DNA from: Caecitellus pseudoparvulus | Taxonomy: Eukaryota > Protista > Bigyra: Bicosoecida | Length of the DNA: 64,000 nucleotides | NCBI GenBank assembly: GCA_965644315.1 | Contig: CBFFRQ010000045.1 | Coordinates: forward strand, 1-64,000 | Direction: 5' to 3' | Shown here: positions 1 through 11,000 of the stretch, in pieces | How the letters are laid out: each line of letters begins with the position of its first letter | How positions within the stretch are numbered: position 1 is the stretch's first letter | Notes under the pieces: model-generated | Seen by the model: the letters and a program-made list of their open reading frames with translations, nothing else | What the model was told of the DNA's origin: nothing | Database searches by the model: none | Position numbers and translations under genes: made by a program

Positions 1-17
1 GGCCCTGTCCCATTGAG
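1..17 (+). repeat. Left TIR of the Harbinger element
   Basis: 15/17 match to the reverse complement of 4995-5011. Confidence 0.8.
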
Positions 18-621
18 TGGTTAGGAGGGGTTCGTTTTTGAGCTTGTCAGGAGGGCATGTTGGCGATAGTTGTATGTGATAATGTACTGAGTATAAAATA
101 ACGAATGCATACATTATTTTTGTCAGAGTGTGCTTGAAAGGTTGGGTCTGTGATGCAAACTGGATGCGGAATTTGCTTGCCCACGTTTGTAAAAGGAGGC
201 TGCTGTCTTATGTTCCAGTCTACTTGCGCGTATTCGTACACTTTCGTGATCCAATGCAAATTTTTATGAAGTGTGGGCCGAATTTCGAGGAATCGGGCCG
301 TTTTGGTGATCACCCTCTTTCGATTCGGGTGAGTTGTCTGTCGATTACGAACAGAGGGCCTGCGTCGTCATCGAGGTGCTCACAAACCCGCATTCGACAC
401 CGGCGCAACCAGCACTCCAGCCCCCATGTGTCTTTCACAGTGTCGAACTACCGATCAAACGATCAGCGTCCCAGGGTTGCAATTCACAATTTTCACCTCG
501 AAGGCTTGCACTTCCCGCAAGGCGAGTTTCGCGGAAATCGAAATGAGTCTTGGTTGAGACAGGCCGAACAAGGCACTGTGAGAAAAGACTCCCCGTATTG
601 TCTTGCACAGATCATACAACC

Positions 622-2451
622 ATGTCTGGCATGCAATTCCTGGTTTCCTTTTTACTGTTGCGCCGGCGGCAGCATGTCCGTAGGTTGCAAGCGCTCCAAG
701 CACTTATTGCCACAGAAGCAGCACTGTTGCTGGCAGTGGTAGCAATGGCCGATGAAGATGGACACGAGCAGGCCGTGCCACTACCGTGCTTCGATGAAGA
801 CTGTGCTCTGGAGGAGGGCGTGAGGGCCAGCGCACGTGGCCGCACCAATCCTCTTGCAGGTTTGGCATCCGGTGTGAGGACGTGGGTGGCACGGCAACAT
901 GGAGTGCCTCTCGAAGAGCACGAGGTTTGCACAACCCCACATACGGTGTTGCAGTATACTATGAAGCAGTTGTGCTCTGTTGGTGTGAACACTATTTTAG
1001 CTCTATCGGTGTGGTTCATGAAATCTTCTGCACCAAAACTCTGGTACAGGTGGGTCATGCATTCGATCCTACCCGTGGAAGTAGAGGCCCACGCTGTGGA
1101 GCTTGCAGGTGATGAACCTGCAGAGGAACCAGACTCACAAGAGCACAGGACCTGGCAGAGACAGCTTCGGCGCCACAGGGAAGACTGTCTGCACGAGCAC
1201 TGCAGTCGCCTTGGGGCATGCGAGCGTCCCATGGTGCAGCAACAGCCATCAGTGGCAGACTGGTGGGGTGCTGTGGACTCATCATTCTGCGGCCAAGGAT
1301 GCACTTTCAGTTGGCTGGAGGCTTGTTGCCTTGGAGTGCATTATATGTGCAAGGGTTTCAACATGAGAGCTGGACAAGAAGCGTTCACTGGGGCATCGAA
1401 GTCCACATGCAGTCGAATCCTAAAGGTTTTCTTGCGGTCTATCTCATCCAGCATGTTTGAACAGCAGGTGTACATGCCAGCACCAGATTCTGGGGAGTGG
1501 ATGGAGAGTGTACGATTGAACTTTGCCCTGTCAGGCATGCAGCTGCCGTGCGTAGCAGGCAGCGTGGATGATACACATGTGCGTGCTTACATCAGTGAAG
1601 ATAGTGGAAAGGGCGTATACATAAACAAGGATGGCGTGGCTTCGGTTAGTGCCCAGTGCATGGTAAGTGGCCACGGACTCTTCTGGCAAGCAGACATTGG
1701 GTATGCTGGTGCCGAAAGCGATCGGGGGAAGCTCATAAGGTCTCCCATGTTTGCGGCAATGGTCGGGAACCCAAGCTTACGTCCTTGTCCACTCCCATAT
1801 ACATTGGCAGCAGACTCGGGATTTCGTCCGGGGTACACATTCTTACTTCTTCCGTTCGACCAGCGGGACACTGATGTGGTGCAGCCGAATCATTTGGTGA
1901 CAATTTTCCACGATGCACTTTTGCACATTCGAGTTAAGGTAGAATGTGCATTTGGAGAGCTCAAGAACAGGTTCCGCATCTTGAACAACACTGCGAATGG
2001 AAACCTTGGGCCAGCAGCAGTTGCACTGCGTCTACGTGTAGCTGTAGCACTGCATAACTTTGTACTGCGAGCTCTGCCATTGCGGGCATCTGTGTGGCAT
2101 GCCCTTGATGTGACAGCGCCGGGGACTGTCTGGGGTGACCTGCTGGAAGAAGCAACGGCAAAGGTGGTAGAGGACTTGCTTGAGGCGCAGCCCCCCTTCA
2201 TGGAGTATGCCGAGTGCCATGGGATGGAAGACGCAAGTGCTGGAGCTGGCGCTTGGCCAGCTTCCACCCACACCATCTTCAAGTATGCTGGGGTTCAGTA
2301 TCGCTCCATCATGGTGGGCACTGCCCAGTGGTGCCGCGAGAGAGTTGAAGAGCTAGCCCTTCTGCACCTGCAAGCACCTGAACAGCCTGGGGCTGCCGGC
2401 GAAGGTGATGAAGGGAGTGACTGGGAAGGTGACTCTGTTGGCAGTCAATAA
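622..2451 (+). CDS. Harbinger/PIF DDE transposase (DDE_Tnp_4, HARBI1-like), about 609 aa
   Basis: Motifs GSVDDTH, YINKDG, QCMV, AADSGF, LLPF, RVKVECAFGELKNRFRIL, VAVALHNF. First ATG is at 622 (the ORF track starts at TTG 550). Confidence 0.92.
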   Translation: MSGMQFLVSFLLLRRRQHVRRLQALQALIATEAALLLAVVAMADEDGHEQAVPLPCFDEDCALEEGVRASARGRTNPLAGLASGVRTWVARQHGVPLEEHEVCTTPHTVLQYTMKQLCSVGVNTILALSVWFMKSSAPKLWYRWVMHSILPVEVEAHAVELAGDEPAEEPDSQEHRTWQRQLRRHREDCLHEHCSRLGACERPMVQQQPSVADWWGAVDSSFCGQGCTFSWLEACCLGVHYMCKGFNMRAGQEAFTGASKSTCSRILKVFLRSISSSMFEQQVYMPAPDSGEWMESVRLNFALSGMQLPCVAGSVDDTHVRAYISEDSGKGVYINKDGVASVSAQCMVSGHGLFWQADIGYAGAESDRGKLIRSPMFAAMVGNPSLRPCPLPYTLAADSGFRPGYTFLLLPFDQRDTDVVQPNHLVTIFHDALLHIRVKVECAFGELKNRFRILNNTANGNLGPAAVALRLRVAVALHNFVLRALPLRASVWHALDVTAPGTVWGDLLEEATAKVVEDLLEAQPPFMEYAECHGMEDASAGAGAWPASTHTIFKYAGVQYRSIMVGTAQWCRERVEELALLHLQAPEQPGAAGEGDEGSDWEGDSVGSQ

Positions 2452-2471
2452 TGCAGTGTGTTGTCTCATGT

Positions 2472-4692
2472 TCATGACTGCATGGGTTGCCCAGCAACAC
2501 TACGCTTCTTCAGGGCTGTAACCATTTGAAGTCGGGCGCGTGCGACCTTCAGCTCCTTGTCTGCGTCTGACAGCGGGTGCGGTGGCATGCCACGCAAGGT
2601 TGGAGGCACACTTCCGCTGTGCAGCTGCTCCAAAACAGTCTGAACCTGCTCTTGCATGCTAAGGTCACCGTCAATGATGCTTAGGTCCAACCACCCCTGC
2701 ACTCTTGTAATTACACCTGATATCGCTGCATCTACCGCACGCTCACTATGTGCGGCAGCAGCACCTGGTGCAGGCACCGAAAGCGAAGGTGCGGGCTGCT
2801 GCACTTGCAAGGACTGCTGGAAAAACTGAAGAAGTGAGGCGTCCTGTTGTGCTTGTCGTTCCCGTGCTGCCTCTTCAGCAACCTGTCGTTTCTCCAGCGA
2901 ATCTGCCAAACGGGCAACGATGTCACGCATGCCTGCGGCTGGTGGTGACGTGCCAGACCCCAGGCGACCTCCATCCAGGGCTCCAGTTGCTTTTGCAACA
3001 GCAGCAACACGGCTTCCCGTGCTCGTTCCACTCCCCGCACCTGATAGGTACTCTCCGCCCTGTCGCGGACTTTCAGTGGGCAACGCAGCGGGCCTGCCAC
3101 TCGCCAACAGCGAGGCTACTGTGTGTGATCCTTCAGATCTAGCCTCTGCAAATATCCCGTTGGTGATGTTGCGAGGCACTGAAGACATCGTTGCCTTTGG
3201 CCTGGCTTTGCCTTGGCACACGCTTGCATAATTCATCAGCTCGCCCGGAAGCAGTCCACCGTTCAGGGGTGGATAGCGCAAGTCATCAGTTGGTCCCACA
3301 GGCAACCACATTTCCTTGTTCGTTACGCTACACCGCAGGCGCTGGAAGCGCAAGCGCGCAGCGGCGCTTGCGTTTCGTGCCCTGCTCCACCCCACCTTCG
3401 TGATGTCCCAACGTGTGTACTTCTTTCCATTTAAATCAAGAGAGGGAGCACCAGGGTGGCTAGGGGCTGTGGGTTCGCTTGCCCCCCCGCTTCCCGTCCT
3501 TCTGCCCTCAGACCCGTTGATGATGTCAACCTGTTTCTTCAACGTTTCGAGGCTGGCCCAAGTACCTGAAGCTGGAACCAGAGCCTCACGAAGGAGGCTT
3601 GAAACCAGGACCAAGCCTGACCACGACAGGAAGGCTTCTTGGGAATCACTACCTGGTGTTGAAACCAACACCATGTACTTTGAGTCGTCTCGCTCCGGCC
3701 ATGGCCTTCCTAGCATGTTCGTGTCATGCTCCTCGAAGGCAGTGAGCAGCAACGGCAAGAATTTGTGAGCTAGGCTCTTGCCCACAATGCCACTTCGCAT
3801 CTTGTTGCTCCCTTGTGTGGCAAAAGTCCGGAACAGGCTTCTGTCAGAGCCTTCCGGGCATGGCTCACCCGACGAGACAACACGACCCCCAAGAGATGAG
3901 TAGTCAATGGTACCCTCACGAACACCCAGACGAACGATAGCTCCAGACATTCTCCATGCACTTGCTTTGTTTCCAAAGGCAGCCCAGGTCGACGACGGCA
4001 TCAAGGTGGCGAACTCCTTCTTGTCAGGGTGCGTCTGCACCCCATTCTTGGACGGTGTTTGCAACAGAGCTCGATCAGTAGAGGCCCACGGAATTGGGCT
4101 CGCTGAGTCGAGACGCATCAACGCACGGGCAGGGGAAGTGGCAGCTGGTGTCGCGCCGACGGCACCAGCAGCACTCCGTGGTGGGGAAGGGCTGCCAGCT
4201 GTCCAGGACACACCACCACTCTCCAAGTCAGGACTTGAACTGTCACTCTTGCCCTCATCACCACTCATGTCAACGACCTCGTCTGCGGGCAGAGTCAGGA
4301 AGGCGTGTTTGCGAGAAGCGTTTCGGAGTTTCACACAGCGGAAATGAAAACGAACCGAAAGCTTCCAGTTGTTCCTTAGCGTTTGTCTTCATCCTCCTGG
4401 CAATGCTTGCTGTAAGGGCAGCAATCCGGACTGGTCTGGTAGGCGTTGCGATGGCGGGTGATTCTTGCGCAGCGAGTTCGCTTCCTGGAGGCGTTGCAGG
4501 CAGCTCAAACACCCGTCCTGCTGCCCCGAGCCTCGCGCCCGTCCGCAGTCGGGAAGTCGGTGCGTTACCTTGAAGGAACTGTCGGACCAGTGCATGTGTG
4601 TCCGCTTGCGAGCCTTCAACTGCGGTTCTTTTGCCACTCGTCGGCGCATCTGCCTGAACGCGTGCATTCCGGGGGCGCTTGCGGCCAGACAT
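2472..4692 (-). CDS. Harbinger accessory protein (putative divergent Myb/SANT/trihelix DNA-binding), 2 exons, about 715 aa
   Basis: Exons 4692-4356 and 4282-2472. A 73-nt intron 4355-4283 (GTTCGT...CTGAC...GCAG) joins the two ORF-track frames in phase. N-terminal RKRPR NLS-like motif, spaced Trp residues, position inside the TIRs. Confidence 0.7.
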
Positions 4693-4994
4693 GGCAGCAA
4701 ATCATTCCAAGAGTATGCTCACAACTTACTGTGAATAGTTTAAAAGTAGAGTTTGATATCCATATCTGCACTGCTCGCCATGGTACACAAACCACTGCCA
4801 GCAAGTGGCAAATTCCGCATGCTAATAGGCTCGATAAACAACGCTCTGTTGCACACGACAGAGCGGCCGTTCAAGTCTAACATCCTCTGTTAGTGTCAAG
4901 GTGACAAAACATGCTGCCTGCAGCACTTTTCCGTGAACTTCAAAAAATGCATTCTCGTTTCACAGATTTTCTCGATTCAGAGGCCTCCGCTGGC

Positions 4995-5011
4995 CTCAAT
5001 GAGACACGGCC
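4995..5011 (-). repeat. Right TIR of the Harbinger element
   Basis: CTCAATGAGACACGGCC followed by CTG. Confidence 0.8.
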
Positions 5012-8000
5012 CTGTACAGCCCAGCCTTCAGTCCTGATGGGGGCTCGTTCGTCACTTTGGTGCTCATCTGCAGCAACCCCAAGGGGAAGTCCTCTGAGGG
5101 CATGGCTGTGATGAACAGTCGGAAGTCTTCGTGCACTGCATCCTGCATCTTGTTCAGGATGTCCTCCATTTCCACCATGAGTTGCAGTCCCAACTCACAG
5201 TTCTGCAGCAGCACCCACGTGCCGTTCACCGCTGCTTTGTCCATCATGCGCTTGGCAATCTGTTCCTGCCCTTCACCCATGGAGATGCTCTCTACAGTTG
5301 TCTTCTTCCTCTTCGCCAGCGCTTCGATGGCCTCCGTCGGGTCTGCTCCCACAGAGAGCAGGAAGATCACCGGAACTTGGGCCACCATGCCGTCGAAGAT
5401 GCTCTCTATCGTGTCTGACACCGGGTCCACATACCGAGGTCCGATGTTCGCCACGTTGCGGATGAACTGCCGGATGGCCAGCAGGGTTCGGTCTTTGCGT
5501 AAGGCTCTGATCAGCAACAGCCGGCGCCAAGGCCCAGCATGTGGGTCGCCGCTCAGCGGCCCCTCAAAGTCAGGAATGGGGAGGCGCTCGGGATCGTTGG
5601 CATCAAACCAAGCCCTCCACATGCTCTCATTGCGACTGATGGCATCCAAGAGTGACGCGAAGAATGGCAGCGCTGATGTCAGCGCCTTGGCATTCAGCCA
5701 CGCCTCCCTGGGCATCCAGCGCGGTGGCGGCCCTGCGCTGGCAGGGTCAACCGCGGCGCCTGCTTGGAGGAAGAGGGAAATCTCGCTGGCGTCCAGGACT
5801 TCAGCCTTGACCAGGATCTTCAGGGTGAACATGAGCACGAAGAGGAGTTTATGCCGCTCGTACAGGCCTCTGTTTATGTAGCGGTACACGGAGTACGTCA
5901 TGGTGCTGACAATGTTCTCCACGCGCTTTGTGGCCAGTGCGCTCTTCTCCGCGTCATCGATACTCTTCGCAAACAACTCAATGAACTGCGCGAGGGATGT
6001 CTGGTACATGACGTTGACAAGGGACATCTCGACGATGGAGAAGTACAGCACCGACCCGCGGGTCGCGACAGGCCGGTATGCTTCGCGCTGCTCGCTGATG
6101 GAGGTGCGGGCCTCATCTGCAGCATCCAGCTTGTCCTTGACTTCAGCTGCCTTGGTCTTGGTGTTATTCAGGACGTCCACTAGCTCTGCATCCTCCAGCA
6201 AGTTGCCCCCCCCGCTCAGCCGATCCAGCAGCTGCGAGTCCAGCTCCTGCAGCGCTTTGCGGTTCGAGTTCACCTCCGCCAGCACCTGCTCCAGCATCTC
6301 TTCCAGCTCCCGTTTCTCCTTCTTGATCACTCGGCCCAGCAGCTGGTCTTCTAAGCCGCTCATGGTCACAGTGAAGTCCACGACGGTTGTTTTTGCTTGG
6401 AGCTCAGGGGAGAAGTGGGGATTGGGCAGGCGGGTGATGAAGTACATGGCGAAGCTGTCGTCCATCTCCACCTCACTGTCGGCGACTTTGATGTACTTCC
6501 GCTTGTTGCGGATGATGATCTGCTTCTCCAGCACAGGGTCCAAGAGGGGGTCCAGCTCCTCCTCCACGTTGATGACGATGAATGCGAAGCCCTGCCCCAT
6601 GCAGAACTCCAAGTTATCCTTCAACCGGCTGGAATTCACGGGGGTCACGGGGGGTGTCGGGAGTTTGCCCCCCTCACGGTTCCGGATCCAGTTCAGTGCT
6701 TGGCCTTGTGGGTCAATCAACAGCGGGTAGCGCGACGAGCGCGTGACCAGGATGCCATTCTGCACACTGAGGGGGTCAGTCGGTAGTCCTTCCAGGTTCC
6801 AGTCGCCAATGGTCCCGGCGTCCACCAGGAAGTCAATGACCTCCAGCTTGTCTGTGACGGGGACGCCGCGGGACTGCAAGTCGGCAGTGAACTTCTCCTG
6901 GACGAGGTACTGCCGGAAGGGTGCGTTGAATGGACCACAGTAGCACGTGAAGGCACAAGCCACTGCCACGTCCCCCACCAGGCGCCGCTTTTGGTCGGCA
7001 AAGTTCTTGCTGTCTTCCGTCCATCGGATCTTCTCCCCTGCCAAGCCGTTGATGAGCTTCTCTGCCTGCTGCAAGGTGGAGGCGAGGCGATTGGCATTGT
7101 CCTCCAGGTCCTGCTTTGCCGACATTTGTGCGTCGTAGTCTGCCTGCAGGGCCGCCAGGCGGGCCAGCACTCCCGCCTCCTCCTCCTCAGCCCTTCCCAA
7201 CGCCGCCAAGGCCTTGTCCAGCTTGCCTTGGGCGACTTGCAGGGCCTCAAGCTTTGGCTTGACCACCCTGGAGGCGTAGAAGTAGTCCCGCATGGCACCG
7301 GCCCACACTGCCATGTTCACGACGTAGTCGCTCATCTTCTTGGCAGCCAGGTGGTCTGCGTTCAGCCACGGGTGCAAGGAGTACACTTCGACGAGCTCGC
7401 AGGTCTCTTCATTCACTGCATCCTTGTCGAACCCCTGCAGGCGTGGAAGGAAGTCTGAGGTGCTGATGACCGCCAACGCTGAGTGCTTGTAGCTGTCTGC
7501 CAGGAACTCAAGCTCCGTCCCACACACGACATTCACAGCGTCACTTCCAGTTGTAACGGGAAGCAGAGGGGCTTGGAATAGGATGGCCACCATGTCCAGG
7601 ACATACTTGATGGCAGCGGGGGGGGACGGCTTCACTGCCTTGATGCTTTGGATGTCCTTGGCGGTGATGCTGGCAGCGGCGCCCAGCGCGCGGTCCACGA
7701 TGGGCTGCGCCTTGTCCAGGTCAGCTTGGCACAGTTTCTTCTCTCCTTCAATCTTTGCAGCCTCTGCCTCGCACCCATCTTTGATGACCTTCACCTTCTC
7801 GCCTTGTGCCTCCGCCTCCCCCCGCTTGACGGCCAGCGTGCCGAGCAGAGCATTCACCTTGTCCGTGGCATCCGCCACTTCTGCCTGCTTCACCTTCAGC
7901 ACCCCCTTCATCTCGTCGACGCCTGCGCTGCCCTCAATGAGCTTCTGCAGCCCCATGTTCACGTTATCTTCCTGTTTCTTCAAACTGGCGAGCTTTGTGG

Positions 8001-11000
8001 CATACAGCTCCTTGTAGTTGGCGATGAAGGCGAGGTATGACTTGGGCGTCTGGTACACGTGTCGCCGCATGGCTTGATAGTACTCCTTGCACACTTCCAC
8101 GACCATGTTGTGCACCATACCCATGTGAGTCATGAGCTCTTTCTTGGTCTCGTCTGGCGTCTCCATGGCGTAGTCCCCCAAGAAACCCCTGGACACCGAC
8201 ACCAACGCCTCCTCTGGCCATGGCAGGAACCAGTCGATGGTGCACCCCGAGAAGAGGCCGGGGAACTTTCGGGCTCTCTCGGAGAACTTTGCGTCCACAG
8301 GTGAGAAGCACAGGACTATGTGCAGGTTGTCTTTTGCCAGGTCGAAGAAGTACTGCTGTAGGTTTGTGGGAGTCTCTGGCACTCCCGCCCGCTCCTTGGC
8401 AAAGTGCGGCTGCAGATCGCCCGTGATGCCCATCATCTCGTCCTTGGCGAACAGCCCAGGCACTTCCCCCGTCAGCAGCAGGGAGTTGACGTACTCAAGG
8501 AAGGCCTCGCTCTTGATCTCGGCGTCAGTCAGCATGAACGTGACACTCTTGCGCTGGTGCCCGGCAAGGTCCTGGCAGAACTTGAGGTCTTCCATGAACG
8601 AGGCGACGTTGTACGTCTTCGTCAGCGTGATTTGAAACAGCGTGGAGCGCGCGATGTACGAGGCAAGCCGAGTTAAGCTCTGCTTGCCTGACCCGCCCAC
8701 ACCCACGAGGAGCGCAGATCCGCACGGCATGGCAAGAATGCGAGCAATGCGGATCATATGCCGCATGGCGTCCTCGAACAACACGAGGTTCAAGGAACGG
8801 GCAGGGAACTCGGTGTTGTGCTTGTGCATGAACATGGTTACACGTTCCCGAACGTTTTGCAGGCTGCCGCCTTGCTCGTACACCTTTGGAGCCTCCGCAA
8901 CTAGCACGTCGTCTTCGTCGTAGACATCTTCACGGAAGAAGTCAACCCAGAACGACTCCTCTTTGCACTTCGCGGCAGCATCTGCCCCAAACGTCTCAGC
9001 CAAGACACTGTCGGCTTTGGCGGCGTACCACTTCTTCTCGTCGTTGGCCACGAGTTTGTCGGAGAACACTCGCTCACACTCATGCTTCCACAGCTTGAGC
9101 AGGGCGATGTCAGGGTCCATGCCCGGAGTTTGCTGGCCACCGGTGCGGATGCTGTCCTTGGGGGTCAGCAGGACGCCTTGGAACACCCGGCTCAACTCGC
9201 GCATGTTGAAGACGTAGTGGAACTTGGCTGGTGTGGGCAGCATCTTTGCCTTCACCGAGTTCCACAGCTGAATCGTCGCCGCTGTGAGTTTGCTAACGAC
9301 CGCCATGGTGGCGTCACTGAAGTCGGCGGGTTTGAAGCGGCCCGCCAGCATCTGCCCGTACAAGTCATCAATCGACTTCAGGGAGGGAAGCACAAGGTTG
9401 AAGGCGAAGAATTGGCGCTTGAGGCGGTCCGGGATGTCGTTGCGACCGCCGCCAGGGTGGGTCATGGCCGCCATCCACCGCAAGTCCTCGCAGACCTTGA
9501 AGTCCCCACGCTTGTCCTTGTCGAGGAAGTACAGGCCGGACGCTTCGATGACCTGCCTGACGATTTCGTTCGTTGGCTGGTCTCCCCACTCGTTGATCTC
9601 GGGCATGGAGATGTCGTCAATGAACACCGTCATCTTCCGCCCAGCTGGGGGGCCAAAGTTCTTCCCCCCGCGCTTGTCCAGACTGGACTCGATGGCGTCT
9701 TGGAACATGCGCATGGTTGTGGCAGACGAGAAGTTCAGCCGCTTTGACACCATTGCAGAGGAATCGAACCCAGCCATGAACATGAGTGCCGTGGAAGTCT
9801 TTGCCGTGCCAGAGCCACCCGTCATGAGAACGGGAGTGTTCATGCTGTTCATGGCTTGCAGCAGGAAGATGCTCCGAGTTGAATCCATGGTGGGAACGAG
9901 GAGGTTCGAGAAGTCCAGCGGCTCGTCCACCGACGGGTAGTGCCAAGTGGGAGGAGCCCACGGCTCCCACTCCCACGACTCTTCGTTGAGCTGCATCTCA
10001 AAAATCGTTGCATCACCAGTGACCTGAGGCACAAGGTGGGGGACCACCCCTTCCATGTACTTGTGGTACTTTACGCGGTCTTCTGGCTCAAGCACCCCGG
10101 CGATCGCCCACGAGACGCAGTACAGCAGGATGCGGCCGCACACAAGCTCTGCCGCGTCGCTGCTCATGGCAGGCAAGTGGTCCGCATTGCGGCTCAGCAG
10201 AAGCTCTAGCAGCCGCGTCATGGCCTTCACGCTGCCGATGCGGGACAGCACCATCACGCGGTTTGTCTGGCGAATGAGGAAGTCAAAGAGGTGCCCTGGC
10301 TCAGGCGGGGCACACACGCCGATGATGCGCTCAGCAAGCCTGTCCAACACCTCACGCTGTGACTCCTCTTGCAGACCAAGCCAGGCGTCCCACTTCGGCT
10401 TCCAGTCCAAGTCCTCTTCAGACACGTACACAATGCCGCACCGGGACACCGTCGCTGGCGAAGCGTTGCGCAGCGTCTCGTTCTCGAACATGATCTTGAC
10501 GTTGTCAGTCATGGGGAAGCGGTCTCCGTTGGACAGTGTCAAGATGCGGTTGTCATCAAGCACAGTGTTCATGTCTTCGATCCAAATGGCATCTACAGGC
10601 CCATCCTCAATGATCCACGTGTTGTACGGTAGCTCAGCGTTGTTGAACTTCTCCCAGATGGAGGAGAAGACGCCCTTCACCCACTCCCCGCTCAGCGAGT
10701 CGTAGCTGCCGTACAACTCGTGTGCCAAAATAGCCTTAGGGTTCAGCTTGACAAGCTTGTAGGGTGTGCCTTGCCAGCGAGCTCGTGCAGCGGAGAGGCA
10801 ATCGAAGATGGCGCTCTTCCCGCCACCGGTCGGCCCAGACAGCATGATGCCATGTCGAACAAGGCATGTCTCGTGCAGCTGCACAACCTTCGTCACCCAA
10901 GCCGGGTGCATGCGCATGTTTGCCTCAGACACGACGGTTGTCAAGCTGTCCATGAGCTCAGGGAACTGCGCTTTCGCTGGTGCGTCGTACTGCGGGAACA

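Larger units (their letters stand above)
1..5011. mobile_element. PIF/Harbinger DNA transposon, apparently complete, inserted in the dynein heavy chain gene
   Basis: Imperfect TIRs: 1-17 GGCCCTGTCCCATTGAG vs reverse complement of 4995-5011 GGCCGTGTCTCATTGAG (15/17). CTG at 5012-5014 fits a CWG-type Harbinger TSD; the left copy would lie outside the window. Contains a DDE transposase plus a convergent second gene, and has lower GC than host genes. Confidence 0.88.

Noticed and set aside
1-5014. Harbinger element spliced out as an intron, rescuing the dynein
   Set aside because: The GT/GC donors and CAG acceptors at the termini leave 1, 4, 8 or 11 extra nt, none of which is in frame.
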